Shown: positions 48,569 to 58,918 of the stretch, one piece after another
Layout: each line of letters begins with the position of its first letter
Position numbering within the stretch: position 1 is the stretch's first letter
Assembly: GCA_965214705.1 (NCBI GenBank)
Contig: CBDCCI010000002.1
Location: 2,592,001-2,656,000, forward strand
Reading direction: 5' to 3'
DNA length: 64,000 nucleotides
Source: Alphaproteobacteria bacterium
GTDB taxonomy: Bacteria > Pseudomonadota > Alphaproteobacteria > UBA828
Position numbers and translations under genes: made by a program
Notes under the pieces: model-generated
Databases searched by the model: none
What the model was told of the DNA's origin: nothing
Seen by the model: the letters and a program-made list of their open reading frames with translations, nothing else

Positions 48569-49762
48569 ATGCCTGGCCCGCTCGACGGCATCCGCGTGCT
48601 CGACCTGACGACCATGGTCTCGGGCCCGGTGGCGACCATGATGCTGGCCGACCAGGGCGCGGACGTGATCAAGATCGAAGCGCCGGCCGGCGACATCATG
48701 CGCCAGTACGGTGTCGTCCACCGCGGCATGTCCGCCACCTTCCTGTCCTGCAACCGCTCGAAACGCTCGCTCTGCGTCGACCTCAAGACCGCCGAAGGAC
48801 TCGCCATCGTGCGCAAGCTCGTGGAGACCGCCGACGTGCTGGTGCAGAACTTCCGCCCCGGCGCGATCGAGCGTATGGGCCTCGGCGAAGATATCGTTCG
48901 GGATCTCAAGCCCGACATCGTCTACGTCTCGATCAGCGGCTTCGGCGAGTTGGGGCCCTATGCGCACCAGCGGGTCTACGATTCGGTCATCCAGGCGCTT
49001 TGCGGGCTCTGCGACATCCAGACCGATAACGAGACGGGCCGCCCGCACATGGTGCGCACCATCGTTCCCGACAAGACGACATCTTTGACAGCGGCGCAGG
49101 CGATCACGGCGGCGCTGTTCGCGCGCGAACGCACCGGCAAGGGCCAGCACGTCCGCCTCGCCATGCTCGACACCATGGTCGCCTATCTGTGGCCGGAGGC
49201 GAGCGCGCCGCTCACCTTTCTCGAGAACGAGCAGGATCCGGCGCAGGAACAGGCGGGTCCCGATCTGATCTTCCAGACCGCCGACGGCTATATCACCGCA
49301 GCGGCCGTCACGGACGCGGAATGGGCGGGGATGTGCCGCGCCTTCGGCCGCGAGGAGTTGATCGAGGACCCGCGCTTCGAGACCGCCGCCGCGCGCGGCC
49401 ACAATCGGACCGAGCGCCGGACCATCATGAACCAGGAGATCGCCAGGTGGCCGACGGCGGAGATCCTTGCCAGGTTCGACCGAGAGACCGTCCCCGCCGC
49501 GCCGGTGCTCAGCCGCGCCGAGGTGATCGCGGACGCCCAGGTGGTCGAGAACGGGATCATCGAGGTGCGCGAGGCCCCCGGTCTCGGCCGGGTGCGCCAG
49601 CCCAGGCCGGCGGCCCGTTTCGCCGAGACCCCGGCGGAGATCCGGTCCATCGCGCCCTGGCTCGGCGCCGACAACGCGGCGATCCTGGCAGAGCTCGGCT
49701 ACGACGAAGCCGACATCGCGCGGCTCGCCGAAGACCGGGTGGTGCATCGACGGGGGCCGTGA
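48569..49762 (+). CDS. Family III CoA-transferase (CaiB/BaiF)
   Basis: 'PLDGIRVLDL', 'GADVIKIE', 'NRSKRS', 'NFRPG', 'YD'. Confidence 0.93.
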   Translation: MPGPLDGIRVLDLTTMVSGPVATMMLADQGADVIKIEAPAGDIMRQYGVVHRGMSATFLSCNRSKRSLCVDLKTAEGLAIVRKLVETADVLVQNFRPGAIERMGLGEDIVRDLKPDIVYVSISGFGELGPYAHQRVYDSVIQALCGLCDIQTDNETGRPHMVRTIVPDKTTSLTAAQAITAALFARERTGKGQHVRLAMLDTMVAYLWPEASAPLTFLENEQDPAQEQAGPDLIFQTADGYITAAAVTDAEWAGMCRAFGREELIEDPRFETAAARGHNRTERRTIMNQEIARWPTAEILARFDRETVPAAPVLSRAEVIADAQVVENGIIEVREAPGLGRVRQPRPAARFAETPAEIRSIAPWLGADNAAILAELGYDEADIARLAEDRVVHRRGP

Positions 49763-50258
49763 TTGTGGTGAGAAATGCGGGGGAGCGGCGCACCACCGGC
49801 TCGACGGTGCTTCTCCCGTTTGCGTGACGCACTTCCGGAGAAACTCCACTTCGGCATGTCGAAGAACGACCGCAGATAAAGCGCGTACGCCCACAGCACT
49901 GGCACCACGGATACCAACTGACGGCGAGTCTCGCCGACGATCGCAGTGGCCGGAGCGTTGCAAATTCGGCAACGAAGAGAACGGAAAACAGCAATTCCGC
50001 TGAACACCACCACGGGACTACGATCTCTCCAGCAGCGGGTGATCAGACACGATCCACGGGAAAATCCTGCGAAACGACGCCTGAATCGCTAGGCACGGTC
50101 ACCTGCATCGGAAAATCGAAAGGGGGACGGTGAGAACAGGACGCCGGTGCCTCGCACCCATAGGCGAGAACGAAGCGCGCGGGCGCTCCAAAGAAGGTTA
50201 GCGGGACGGAAGTCGCGTACTTCGCGTGAAACCACATTGCCAATCGGGAGGTCTAGTC

Positions 50259-51305
50259 ATGGCAGAGCACTCGCAATCACACCGATCGCTCAATCGGCGC
50301 CAGATCCTGAAAAGCGCAGCCGCTCTCGGCGGCGTCGCCGCCACCTCGTCCTTTATCAGCGTGGAGGCGCTTGGTGCCGACGCGGCGAAGGTCAACATGC
50401 AACTCGGCTGGCTCGCCAGCAACGGCATCATGGGCGAGGTCGTGGCCAAGCGAACGGGCATCTACAACGCGCTCGGCATCGAGCTCGAGGTCACGCCGGG
50501 CGGGCCTGGCGTGGACGGCGTCGCGTCGGTGGCGGCCGGGCGGGCGCAGGTCGGGCATCTCTCATCCAGCCCGTCGCTGATGTTGGCGCGCTCTGCCGGC
50601 ATCCCGGTCAAGGCCTTCGCCGCCGGCTACCAGAAGCATCCCTTCACCTACTTCTCGCTCGCGAGCAATCCCATCAACACGCCCCAGGACATGATCGGAA
50701 AGACGATCGCCACGCAGCCCACGGCGGTCATCCTGCTCCGGGCGTTGCTGGCCAAGAACGGCATCGCCGAGGACCAGGTTGAGATCGTCAAGATGGGGAG
50801 TGACATGAACCAGGTGATGACCGGCCAGGCTGCCGCCGTCACCGGCTGGATGACCAATACCAATGCGCTGAAGATCCTTGGCGACGACCGCGTCGACATG
50901 ATGCTGTGGGACGCGGGCATCCAGCTCTACGCCAATGTCTACTACGCCACCGACGAGATGCTGGCTGACCACGCGGACGTGCTGACCCGCTTCCTCACCG
51001 GGACTGCGCGCGGCTGGGGCGAGGTGCGCAAGAACCCGGAGGCCGGTGTCGACCATCTCGTCGCCGAGTACCAGAACCTCGATCGCGCGAGCGAGCTGGA
51101 TGCGGTGGGACCGGTGCTCGGATTCTCGTTCAACGACGTGACGGCAGCCGAGGGCTGGGCGGCCATGAACCCGGCGAACTGGCAGGCGCAGATCGACACC
51201 TACGCCCAACTGGAGCAGTTCCAAGGCGCGACGCCGACGCTGGACGACGTGATGACCCTGGATATCCTTGCTGCCACGGAGGCCGTGAGGAAAGAGGTCG
51301 GATGA
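50259..51305 (+). CDS. NMT1/THI5/SsuA-type ABC substrate-binding protein with Tat signal
   Basis: GGAGG RBS; 'LNRRQILK'; 'QLGWL', 'PGGP'. Confidence 0.85.
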   Translation: MAEHSQSHRSLNRRQILKSAAALGGVAATSSFISVEALGADAAKVNMQLGWLASNGIMGEVVAKRTGIYNALGIELEVTPGGPGVDGVASVAAGRAQVGHLSSSPSLMLARSAGIPVKAFAAGYQKHPFTYFSLASNPINTPQDMIGKTIATQPTAVILLRALLAKNGIAEDQVEIVKMGSDMNQVMTGQAAAVTGWMTNTNALKILGDDRVDMMLWDAGIQLYANVYYATDEMLADHADVLTRFLTGTARGWGEVRKNPEAGVDHLVAEYQNLDRASELDAVGPVLGFSFNDVTAAEGWAAMNPANWQAQIDTYAQLEQFQGATPTLDDVMTLDILAATEAVRKEVG

Positions 51306-52117
51306 CGCAAGCCGCCGCCGTGGCGTCGGGCTGCACTAAAGCCTCCCCCGCCACGGCGATTGCAGTCCGCGACCTGGCGGTCCGTTTCGACGGAGACGCC
51401 GGCAGCGTCACCGCGCTCGACGGGGTCGGCTTCGAGGTGCCCGAAGCCGGCTTCGTCACCATGCTGGGACCGTCAGGCTGCGGCAAGTCGACGCTGCTCA
51501 GGGCCGTCGCCGATCTAGTTCCCATCAGCGCAGGCTCGATCAACGTCTTCGGCCGCACGCCGGAGCAGGCCCGCCGGGCGCGGGATTTCGCCTTCGTCTT
51601 TCAGGACGCGACGCTGCTGCCCTGGCGCAGCGTCATCGACAACGTACGGCTACCGTTGGAGGTCGGCCGGCGCGGTGGTGCGGTCGAGCAGCACGCGAAA
51701 CCGGAGGAGCTGCTGGCGCTGGTGGGCCTGGAGGGGCGCGCCGACGCGCTCCCCCACGAGCTCTCAGGCGGCATGCGCCAGCGCGTCTCTATCGCGCGGG
51801 CGCTCGTCTGCCGCCCCCGCGTGCTGCTGATGGACGAGCCCTTCGGCGCCCTTGACGAGATCAACCGGGACAAGCTGAACGAGGAGCTGCTGCGAATCTG
51901 GAAGGAAACCGGCACCACGATCATGTTCGTCACCCATTCGGTGCCGGAAGCCGCGTTCCTTGGCCAGAAATGCCTGGTGCTCTCGGCCCAGCCAGGCCGC
52001 GTTCGCGAGTATGTTGACATCTCCTTCGCTTCACCACGTGCCCTCGGCATGCGCGACACGCTCGATTTCGTGCAGGTCACGGCGCACCTTCGCTCCCTCC
52101 TGGAGCTGCCGCGATGA
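51302..52117 (+). CDS. ABC ATPase (SsuB/TauB-like)
   Basis: GPSGCGKS, LSGGMRQR, MDEPFGALD. Confidence 0.93.
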   Translation: MTQAAAVASGCTKASPATAIAVRDLAVRFDGDAGSVTALDGVGFEVPEAGFVTMLGPSGCGKSTLLRAVADLVPISAGSINVFGRTPEQARRARDFAFVFQDATLLPWRSVIDNVRLPLEVGRRGGAVEQHAKPEELLALVGLEGRADALPHELSGGMRQRVSIARALVCRPRVLLMDEPFGALDEINRDKLNEELLRIWKETGTTIMFVTHSVPEAAFLGQKCLVLSAQPGRVREYVDISFASPRALGMRDTLDFVQVTAHLRSLLELPR

Positions 52118-52953
52118 CCACGACAGAAGTCGGCGCCAAGGCCGTCAGGCCGCAGGCCGCGGCAGGCGGAACCGCCCGCGCCGGGCGAGCGAGAGCGAGG
52201 CGGCGTTTCCGCTATGCGCCGGCCATCGGGGCTGGGGTCGGCATGGTGGTTGTCTGGCACCTCATCGTCACCGGGTTCGAGATACCGACCTACATCGCGC
52301 CGAGCCCGTGGCAGGTGCTGGTGGTGTTCGCCAACCAAGGCGACATACTCTGGATCAATTTCCTGCCAACCCTGTTGGAGGCGGTGTGCGGCTTCGCGCT
52401 GGGCAACACCATCGCGGTGCTGCTCGCGGTCTGGTTCGTTCACAGCGGGGTGGCGGAGCGCGCGTTCTATCCCATCGCGGTCTTCATCAACACGATCCCC
52501 ATCATCGCGATCGCGCCGATTCTGGTGTTGATGCTGGGCAACGGCTACGAGCCGAAGATCGTCATCGCGGCGCTGATCTGCTTCTTCCCGACCCTGGTCA
52601 ACATGGTACGCGGTCTCAAGGCGGTGAGCCCGCAGATGCTGGAGCTGATGCGCGTACTCTCTGCCAACGACCGGGAGGTCCTGTTCAAGATCCGGCTGCA
52701 GAGCTCGCTGCCCTTCCTCTTCGCGGCATTGAAGATCGCGTCGACGACCTGCGTCATCGGCGCCATCGTCGGGGAGTGGATCGGCTCCAACTACGGCCTG
52801 GGCTCCCTCATCATCGAGGCCACCTACAACTTCCGCGCCCCCCTGCTCTACGCCACGGTGATCCTGGGCGCGGGGCTCGCGGTGGCCTTCTTCGTGATTA
52901 CGTCACTCGTCGAGCGCCAGGTGCTCAAGTGGAAGCCCGGTGAGGTCTTCTGA
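52114..52953 (+). CDS. ABC permease (SsuC/TauC-like)
   Basis: 'IPIIAIAP', 'FFP', 'GAIVGEW..GLG'. Confidence 0.92.
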   Translation: MTTTEVGAKAVRPQAAAGGTARAGRARARRRFRYAPAIGAGVGMVVVWHLIVTGFEIPTYIAPSPWQVLVVFANQGDILWINFLPTLLEAVCGFALGNTIAVLLAVWFVHSGVAERAFYPIAVFINTIPIIAIAPILVLMLGNGYEPKIVIAALICFFPTLVNMVRGLKAVSPQMLELMRVLSANDREVLFKIRLQSSLPFLFAALKIASTTCVIGAIVGEWIGSNYGLGSLIIEATYNFRAPLLYATVILGAGLAVAFFVITSLVERQVLKWKPGEVF

Positions 52954-52984
52954 GCCGACTGCGGCGACAGCTGGAGACAAGCGC

Positions 52985-54346
52985 ATGCCATCGTCCGAAA
53001 TCCTGACCCGGCCGGAAACCCGCGTGCCGGTCGTCGCCACCGCCGACGTGGTGGTGGTGGGCGGGGGACCCGCCGGCATCTCGGCGGCTGTCTCCGCCGC
53101 ACGCAACGGCGCGCAGGTGACCCTGGTCGAGCGCTATCCCTACCTCGGCGGCCTCGCCTCCGGCGGCATGGTCCTGGTGCTGGACGACATGCACAACGAT
53201 ACGGAGATCTCCGTGCGCGGCCTCGCCATGGAGATCATCGAGCGCATGCACGCGAAGGGGCTCTGTGTCTACCCGCCGGAGGCTGACCGCGACCCCGCCG
53301 TGCGCATGACCGACGCGATGTGGCGCAAGTGGTCCCGGTGGGGCCTGTTCGACTTCTATGCCAACACCAAGCCCTATCCCATCATCTTCTCCGCCTCCTT
53401 CGACCCCGACGGCTTCAAGCAGGCTTCCCTCGACATGGTGCGGGAAGCTGGCGTCGAACTCAGGCTGCACAGCTGGTTCCAGTCCACGATCGTCGAGGAC
53501 GGCCGCGCGGCCGGCGTCATCGTCGAGACCAAGGAGGGTGCACAGGCCATTCGCGGAAGCATCCTCGTCGATGCCACCGGCGACCTCGACGTGGCCGCCA
53601 GCGCCGGCGCGCCCTTCGCCGATGGCGCCTACATCGTCACCACGGTCTCGCGCATGGGCGGCGTGGACACGGACGAGGCGGAGCGTTTCCAGTTCGAGGA
53701 GCCCGAGCGCTTCGCCGAGATCGATCGGCAGGCTCGGCGCCTGATCGGTGGCTGCTGGCAGCACTGGTGGCTGAAGACCCCGCTCCCCGGTATCGTCTGG
53801 TGCAACTGCCCGCACATGTCGGGCTTTGACGGCCTCAAGGTGGCGGACCTCACGGCGGCCGAGTTCGAAGGCCGGCGCCGCATGCAGGCAGTGCTGGAGT
53901 TCGCCAGGGCGCGTGTGCCGGGCTTCGAGCGCGCCTACTTCGTGGACTTCGCTCCCCAGACCGGGGTGCGCCAGACCCGCCTGCTGGAAGGCGAATACGT
54001 GGTCACCAAGCAGGACGTGAAGGAGCGCGTGCACTTCCACGACAGCGTCTGCCGGGGCCGCGACTACTACACACCCTACCGCGCGCTGCTGCCCCAGGGT
54101 GTGGACCAGCTTCTGGTGGCGGGCCGGCACTATTCGGCGACGTCGCAGGCCCAGAAGATCAGCCGCGAGATCCCGCCCTGCATGGCCATGGGCGAGGCCG
54201 CTGGTATTGCCGCGGCCCAGGCCCTCAATGCCGGTATCCTGGTGCGCGATGTCGATGCGCGCGGCATCCAAAAGCAGATGCGGGCGCAAGGGGCGGACCC
54301 CGGCGACCGGCCGGCCGCGAACGCACTCGTGACGGCGGCCGCCTGA
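52985..54346 (+). CDS. FAD-dependent oxidoreductase (FAD_oxidored family)
   Basis: GGGPAG, 'DATGDLD', 'GVRQTR', 'PYRALLP', 'CMAMGEAAG'. Confidence 0.9.
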   Translation: MPSSEILTRPETRVPVVATADVVVVGGGPAGISAAVSAARNGAQVTLVERYPYLGGLASGGMVLVLDDMHNDTEISVRGLAMEIIERMHAKGLCVYPPEADRDPAVRMTDAMWRKWSRWGLFDFYANTKPYPIIFSASFDPDGFKQASLDMVREAGVELRLHSWFQSTIVEDGRAAGVIVETKEGAQAIRGSILVDATGDLDVAASAGAPFADGAYIVTTVSRMGGVDTDEAERFQFEEPERFAEIDRQARRLIGGCWQHWWLKTPLPGIVWCNCPHMSGFDGLKVADLTAAEFEGRRRMQAVLEFARARVPGFERAYFVDFAPQTGVRQTRLLEGEYVVTKQDVKERVHFHDSVCRGRDYYTPYRALLPQGVDQLLVAGRHYSATSQAQKISREIPPCMAMGEAAGIAAAQALNAGILVRDVDARGIQKQMRAQGADPGDRPAANALVTAAA

Positions 54347-55527
54347 TGACCCTCGATACAGGCAAGTCCGGCGACCATCCGCTTCCCCTCGACGGCGTGC
54401 GGGTGCTCGACTTCACCCAGGTGATGATGGGGCCGTGCTGCACCCAGATGCTCGGCGACTACGGCGCCGACGTGATCAAGATCGAGCGAGTCGGCGCCGG
54501 CGATCTCTCGCGCTGGAGCGTGGGCGAGGACCCGGACGGCGGCAACAACCCGGTCTTCGCCAGCCTGAACCGCAACAAGCGCAGCGTCGCGCTCGACCTG
54601 AAGTCGGAAACGGACCGGCAGGCAGCGTTGCAACTGGTGGAGAGCGCGGACGTGGTCGTCAGCAACTTCCGCCCCGGCGTTATGGAGCGCATGGGCTTCG
54701 GCTACGACGAACTGCGCCGCCTCAATCCGCGCATCATCTACGCGGTCGGCACCGGCTTTGGTCCGGAAGGACCCTACGTGCACAAGGGCGGCCAGGATGT
54801 GCTTGCCCAGGCCATGAGCGGCGCGATGCATCGCCGTGCCGACCCGACCTTGCCGCTTTCGATCTATCCCACCGCGCTCGCGGATTACAGCGCCGGCATG
54901 CACCTGGTGCAGGGGATCCTGCTCGCGCTGCTGCAGCGCGAGAGGACCGGGGAGGGCCAGCAAGTCTCGGTCTCGCTCTACAACTCCATGCTGGCGATGC
55001 AGATGCAGGAAGCGGCGATGTGGATGATGCGGGGGCGCGAGCTGAATTGGGCCGCCATGCCGCTCTCCGGCGTGTTCGAGACCACCGACGGCGCCGTCGT
55101 CATGGTGGGTGCGTTCAAGCAGAACCCGCTACGCGACATCTGCCAGGCGCTCGGCATCGACGATCTTTCCGCCGATCCCAAATACGCCACGTTGGAGCAG
55201 CAGACGGTTCACAGGGCGGAACTGCAGGCGGTTTTTCGGTTGGGCTTCGCGGGCAACACCACCGCACACTGGCTGGCGCGGCTCGATGAGGTCGATATCC
55301 TTTGCGCCCCGGTGGTGACTCTGGAAGACGCGTTGGACGCCCCCCAGACCGCCTGCAACCGAATGGTCGTGGAACTCGAACCGACCGCCGGCGGGCCCGT
55401 TCGCCTCGTGGCCTCCCCCATCGAGATGTCGGCGGCGCCGTTCGCGGTGCGGCGCGCGCCGCCCACGCTCGGCGAGCACACCGACGAGGTGCTGGCGCCG
55501 GCACATGCCAGCGAGCACGCGGCGTGA
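54346..55527 (+). CDS. Family III CoA-transferase
   Basis: 'PLDGVRVLDF', 'NRNKRS', 'NFRPG', 'GQD', 'PTLGEHT'. Confidence 0.93.
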   Translation: MTLDTGKSGDHPLPLDGVRVLDFTQVMMGPCCTQMLGDYGADVIKIERVGAGDLSRWSVGEDPDGGNNPVFASLNRNKRSVALDLKSETDRQAALQLVESADVVVSNFRPGVMERMGFGYDELRRLNPRIIYAVGTGFGPEGPYVHKGGQDVLAQAMSGAMHRRADPTLPLSIYPTALADYSAGMHLVQGILLALLQRERTGEGQQVSVSLYNSMLAMQMQEAAMWMMRGRELNWAAMPLSGVFETTDGAVVMVGAFKQNPLRDICQALGIDDLSADPKYATLEQQTVHRAELQAVFRLGFAGNTTAHWLARLDEVDILCAPVVTLEDALDAPQTACNRMVVELEPTAGGPVRLVASPIEMSAAPFAVRRAPPTLGEHTDEVLAPAHASEHAA

Positions 55528-56291
55528 GCGTCGATTTCAATGTCGCCGACGGCATCGCCCGGGTCACGCTGAACCGCCCGGAGCGCCTGAACGCCATCGA
55601 CTCCGCATCTGCGGCGGCTCTTGACGACATCTGGACCGCGATCGACGCGGACCCGGCGATCCGCTGCGTCGTGCTGACCGGTGCGGGCCGCGCCTTCTGC
55701 GCCGGCGCCGACATGAAGGAAGATGGTCCCGAGGGCTTGGCCTACTGGGCCGGCACCGGCGACCACGGCTTCGGTGGCATCGCGCTCGGCGGCCGCCTGT
55801 CCGTCCCCCTGATCGCCAGGGTTAACGGCCTCGCCCTTGGCGGCGGCTTCGAGATGGTGCTCGGCTGCGACCTCGTCGTCGCCGCCGAGACCGCCTCCTT
55901 CGGCCTGCCCGAGCCGCGGGTTGGCCGCTTGCCGCTCGACGGCATGATCCTCCTGCCCCGCCTGATCCCGCGCGCGCAGGCCTTGGGATTGCTGCTCACC
56001 GGCCGGCGCATGAGCGCGGCAGACGCGCTCGCCTGCGGCCTCATCAATCAGGTCGTGCCGGAAGACGCGCTCGACGGCGCCGTCCAGTCGTGGATCGACG
56101 ACATCGTCGCCTGCGCGCCGCTCAGCCTGAAGGCGATCAAGCGGTCCGTCCACGACACCGGACACCTGACAGTCGCGGAGGCCCGCAACGCCCGCCTGCC
56201 GAGCCTCATCGCAGCGCTGCAGAGCCGGGATGCTCGGGAAGGGGTGCAAGCGTTCAGGGAGAAGCGAGAGCCTGTGTGGAGAGGCGACTGA
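55524..56291 (+). CDS. Enoyl-CoA hydratase/isomerase
   Basis: 'LNRPERLNA', 'AFCAGAD', 'GGGFE', 'FGLPE'. Confidence 0.93.
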   Translation: MSVDFNVADGIARVTLNRPERLNAIDSASAAALDDIWTAIDADPAIRCVVLTGAGRAFCAGADMKEDGPEGLAYWAGTGDHGFGGIALGGRLSVPLIARVNGLALGGGFEMVLGCDLVVAAETASFGLPEPRVGRLPLDGMILLPRLIPRAQALGLLLTGRRMSAADALACGLINQVVPEDALDGAVQSWIDDIVACAPLSLKAIKRSVHDTGHLTVAEARNARLPSLIAALQSRDAREGVQAFREKREPVWRGD

Positions 56292-56401
56292 CGCGCTCCG
56301 CAAGACGGCCGCTTCTACACGGCCAGCAGTCCGCATTGCCGTCACCTCCGATTTCTTCGATGATTCGCCGTGGAGACGTGGCGAGCGGAACCTGAGAATC
56401 A

Positions 56402-57313
56402 ATGCACGCGGCGGTGTTGCGGTACTTCGAGGCAGTCGCCGAGGACGGCTCGATTCGCCGCGCCTCGGAACGTCTCCATATCTCGCCCTCTGCCGTCAAT
56501 CGGCAGATTCTCAAGCTTGAGGACTACCTCGGCACCCCGCTGTTCGAGCGGCGACCCGATGGGATGCGGCTAACCGATGCCGGGCAGCTGGTGCTATGCC
56601 ATGCACGAGCCACTCTGCACGATTTCGCCCGGCTGCGCGGCGACATCGACAAGCTGCGCGGCGTCGTCAGCGGTGACGTCACCATCACCACCCTGGACAG
56701 TCTGAATGTGCAATTCCTGCCGGAAGCGCTGGCCGAGTTCATTGCCGTCCATCCGGCGGTACAAATCCGGGTGACGGCCTGCGATCCGGTCGAGACCATG
56801 CACGCGGTTACCCAGGGCAACGCGGATCTCGGCCTGACCTTCTCACCGGCCTTGCGTCGTGGAATTGCCGTTCTCAAGGACGTTCCGTGCCCCATGTGCG
56901 CCATCATGGCCCCGGATCACGCGCTGGCGGCGCGCAAGACCGTTTCCTTAGACGAGTGCGGCGCCCACCCGCTGATGTACCAGGATAATTTGGGTTCGAT
57001 GCAACTCTTCTTGGGTGAGGAGATGGAGGCCTTCAAGAACGCGCACAAGCCGGTGGCGATCTCCAACACTCTGGCCGTCCTGAAGCGCCTGCTGCTGCGC
57101 GGTGTCGGCATCGCCTTCTACACGCGCCTGGGCTTCGCCGAGGAGCTGGCCAACGGGCGCCTGGTCGCAGTGCCGCTCGAGGAAGAGCCCCTATCGACCC
57201 TGCGCCTGTGCCTGATTGCACCCTCCGAGCGCAAACCGACTGTCGCAGCTCATGCGATGGCCGAGCACCTGCAGCAGGCCCTGGCCCAATTCGCCGTCGG
57301 CATCGATCCCTGA
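56402..57313 (+). CDS. LysR-family transcriptional regulator
   Basis: 'GSIRRASERLHISPSAVNRQI..LE..LG..LFER'. Confidence 0.93.
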   Translation: MHAAVLRYFEAVAEDGSIRRASERLHISPSAVNRQILKLEDYLGTPLFERRPDGMRLTDAGQLVLCHARATLHDFARLRGDIDKLRGVVSGDVTITTLDSLNVQFLPEALAEFIAVHPAVQIRVTACDPVETMHAVTQGNADLGLTFSPALRRGIAVLKDVPCPMCAIMAPDHALAARKTVSLDECGAHPLMYQDNLGSMQLFLGEEMEAFKNAHKPVAISNTLAVLKRLLLRGVGIAFYTRLGFAEELANGRLVAVPLEEEPLSTLRLCLIAPSERKPTVAAHAMAEHLQQALAQFAVGIDP

Positions 57314-57334
57314 ATCGAGGCGTGACTGTTGTTA

Positions 57335-57595
57335 GAGCATATCCGTGGTTGAGAGAATCAGTTGGAATTCCCATTAGTTAGGGAATGTGATTCAAGCTGG
57401 CTACTGGTGGAGGAGGCCAGCATGGATGACACAGCCCTATTCCAGTGATCTTCGAGAGCGCGTGGTGCAGGCCCATTTGGCGGGCGAGCCGATTCGCCAG
57501 GTGGCTGCGCGCTTCGGTGTCAGCGTCTCATCGGTGCCGAAGTGGGTTGCGCGCTACCGGGCGACGGGGAGTGTGGCGCCGGGCAGGATCAGCGG
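57335..57595 (+). pseudogene. IS630-family left end plus truncated HTH ORF
   Basis: TA|GAGCATATCCG end; 'MTQPYSSDLRERVV..AARFGVSVSSV.KW'. Confidence 0.75.
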
Positions 57596-57616
57596 ACGCA
57601 ACATGGTGGGAGACGA

Positions 57617-57806
57617 TTTCGCAGTCGTCGCCGGCCGGGACCACCACGACCAAGGCGACGCCGTGATGCCTGGCCAGGGCCGCACCGTCGAGCGCCCGTT
57701 CACGTCCGAAGAACACGCGGCGATGGGCGACACGCCGCTTCTCCCCGGCAACACGACCTTCGGCGTCTGCCTCAATGCCGACGCCTTCTGGCGCAACGTC
57801 CCGGCC
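57617..57806 (+). pseudogene. Fragment resembling a Type ISP restriction-modification C-terminal domain
   Basis: 'DAVMPGQGRTVER...TTFGVCLNADAFWRNVP' resembles the region preceding the conserved 'W.Y.IGGYQV' of Type ISP enzymes (recalled, not searched). Confidence 0.55.
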
Positions 57807-58002
57807 CGTCGGAGACAAGGCTCGTGTCTTTGTTGGGCACGACCACCTATCCGAACGAGATGCGGACCTATCCATTTGGTCGACTGACACGCGAGCAGCA
57901 TGCTCCATAGACTCGAGCATCGGGTTGCTACCCGACGGGTTGGCGCGGGCAGGGCGTTGGGGCAACATCGGTGTCCTGAACGCTTGGAGAGCAGACAGAT
58001 AG

Positions 58003-58917
58003 ATGGCGCTTGCTGCCGCCGAGGCGGGGCCGAAGCTCCCGCTGCCGGACCTTCGGCGCTTTTTCGCCGATGCCAAGTTCTACTGGCTGGTGCTGCCGGC
58101 CTTCACCTTCTTCCTGATCTTCTTTGTCATCCCGACCGTCTCGCTGTTCCTGATCTCCTTCGACAAGTCGATCGCGGGCGTGGTCGACATCCAGTGGGAC
58201 TTCACGCTCAAGAACTACATCCGCTTCTTCAACCGCTCGCTCTACTACGAGGCGGCGATACGCTCGATCGGGCTCGCGGCGATCGTCTCGGTGTGCACGC
58301 TGGCGCTGGGCTACCCGCTCGCCTACTTCGTCGCCAAGACCAAGCATCCGGGGCGCAACACCTTCTACATGATCCTCGTGCTGAGCGCGATGCAGCTCGA
58401 CATGGTGATCCGCCTCTTCGGCCTGATGGTGCTGATGGGCGACAACGGGATCATCAACGGCGTCCTGCGCGATATCGGCGCCATCCGCGAGCCGCTGCCG
58501 CTGATGTACAACTTCTTCGGCGCGGTGGTGGGGCTCGTGCAGTTCACCCTGCCCTTCATGGTGCTCTCGCTGATCGGCATCATCCGAAGCATCCACCCGT
58601 CGCTGGAGGAGGCGGCGCGAAGCCTCGGCGCCAACCGCTGGACCACCTTCTGGCGCATCACCTTCCCGCTTAGCATGCCTGGCATCCTCGCCGGCACGCT
58701 GCTGGTCTTCGCGATCTCCATCTCGTCCTACGTGGTGCCGGCGCTGATGGGCGGCTGGAAGGTGATCGTGATGCCGCTTCACATCTATCAGCAGATCGCC
58801 GAGATGGGTAAGTGGCAGTTCGGCGCGACCATCGCGGTGGTGCTCTTTGTCACCAGCATGATCGCGGTCTACGTCTATCAGCGCTTCGCGGCGCGCACCG
58901 CAGGCGGGCGGGCCTGA
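58003..58917 (+). CDS. Polyamine/opine-type ABC permease (PotB-like)
   Basis: 'LGYPLAY', 'LPFMVL', 'LEEAARSLGA'. Confidence 0.92.
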   Translation: MALAAAEAGPKLPLPDLRRFFADAKFYWLVLPAFTFFLIFFVIPTVSLFLISFDKSIAGVVDIQWDFTLKNYIRFFNRSLYYEAAIRSIGLAAIVSVCTLALGYPLAYFVAKTKHPGRNTFYMILVLSAMQLDMVIRLFGLMVLMGDNGIINGVLRDIGAIREPLPLMYNFFGAVVGLVQFTLPFMVLSLIGIIRSIHPSLEEAARSLGANRWTTFWRITFPLSMPGILAGTLLVFAISISSYVVPALMGGWKVIVMPLHIYQQIAEMGKWQFGATIAVVLFVTSMIAVYVYQRFAARTAGGRA

Positions 58918-58918
58918 G

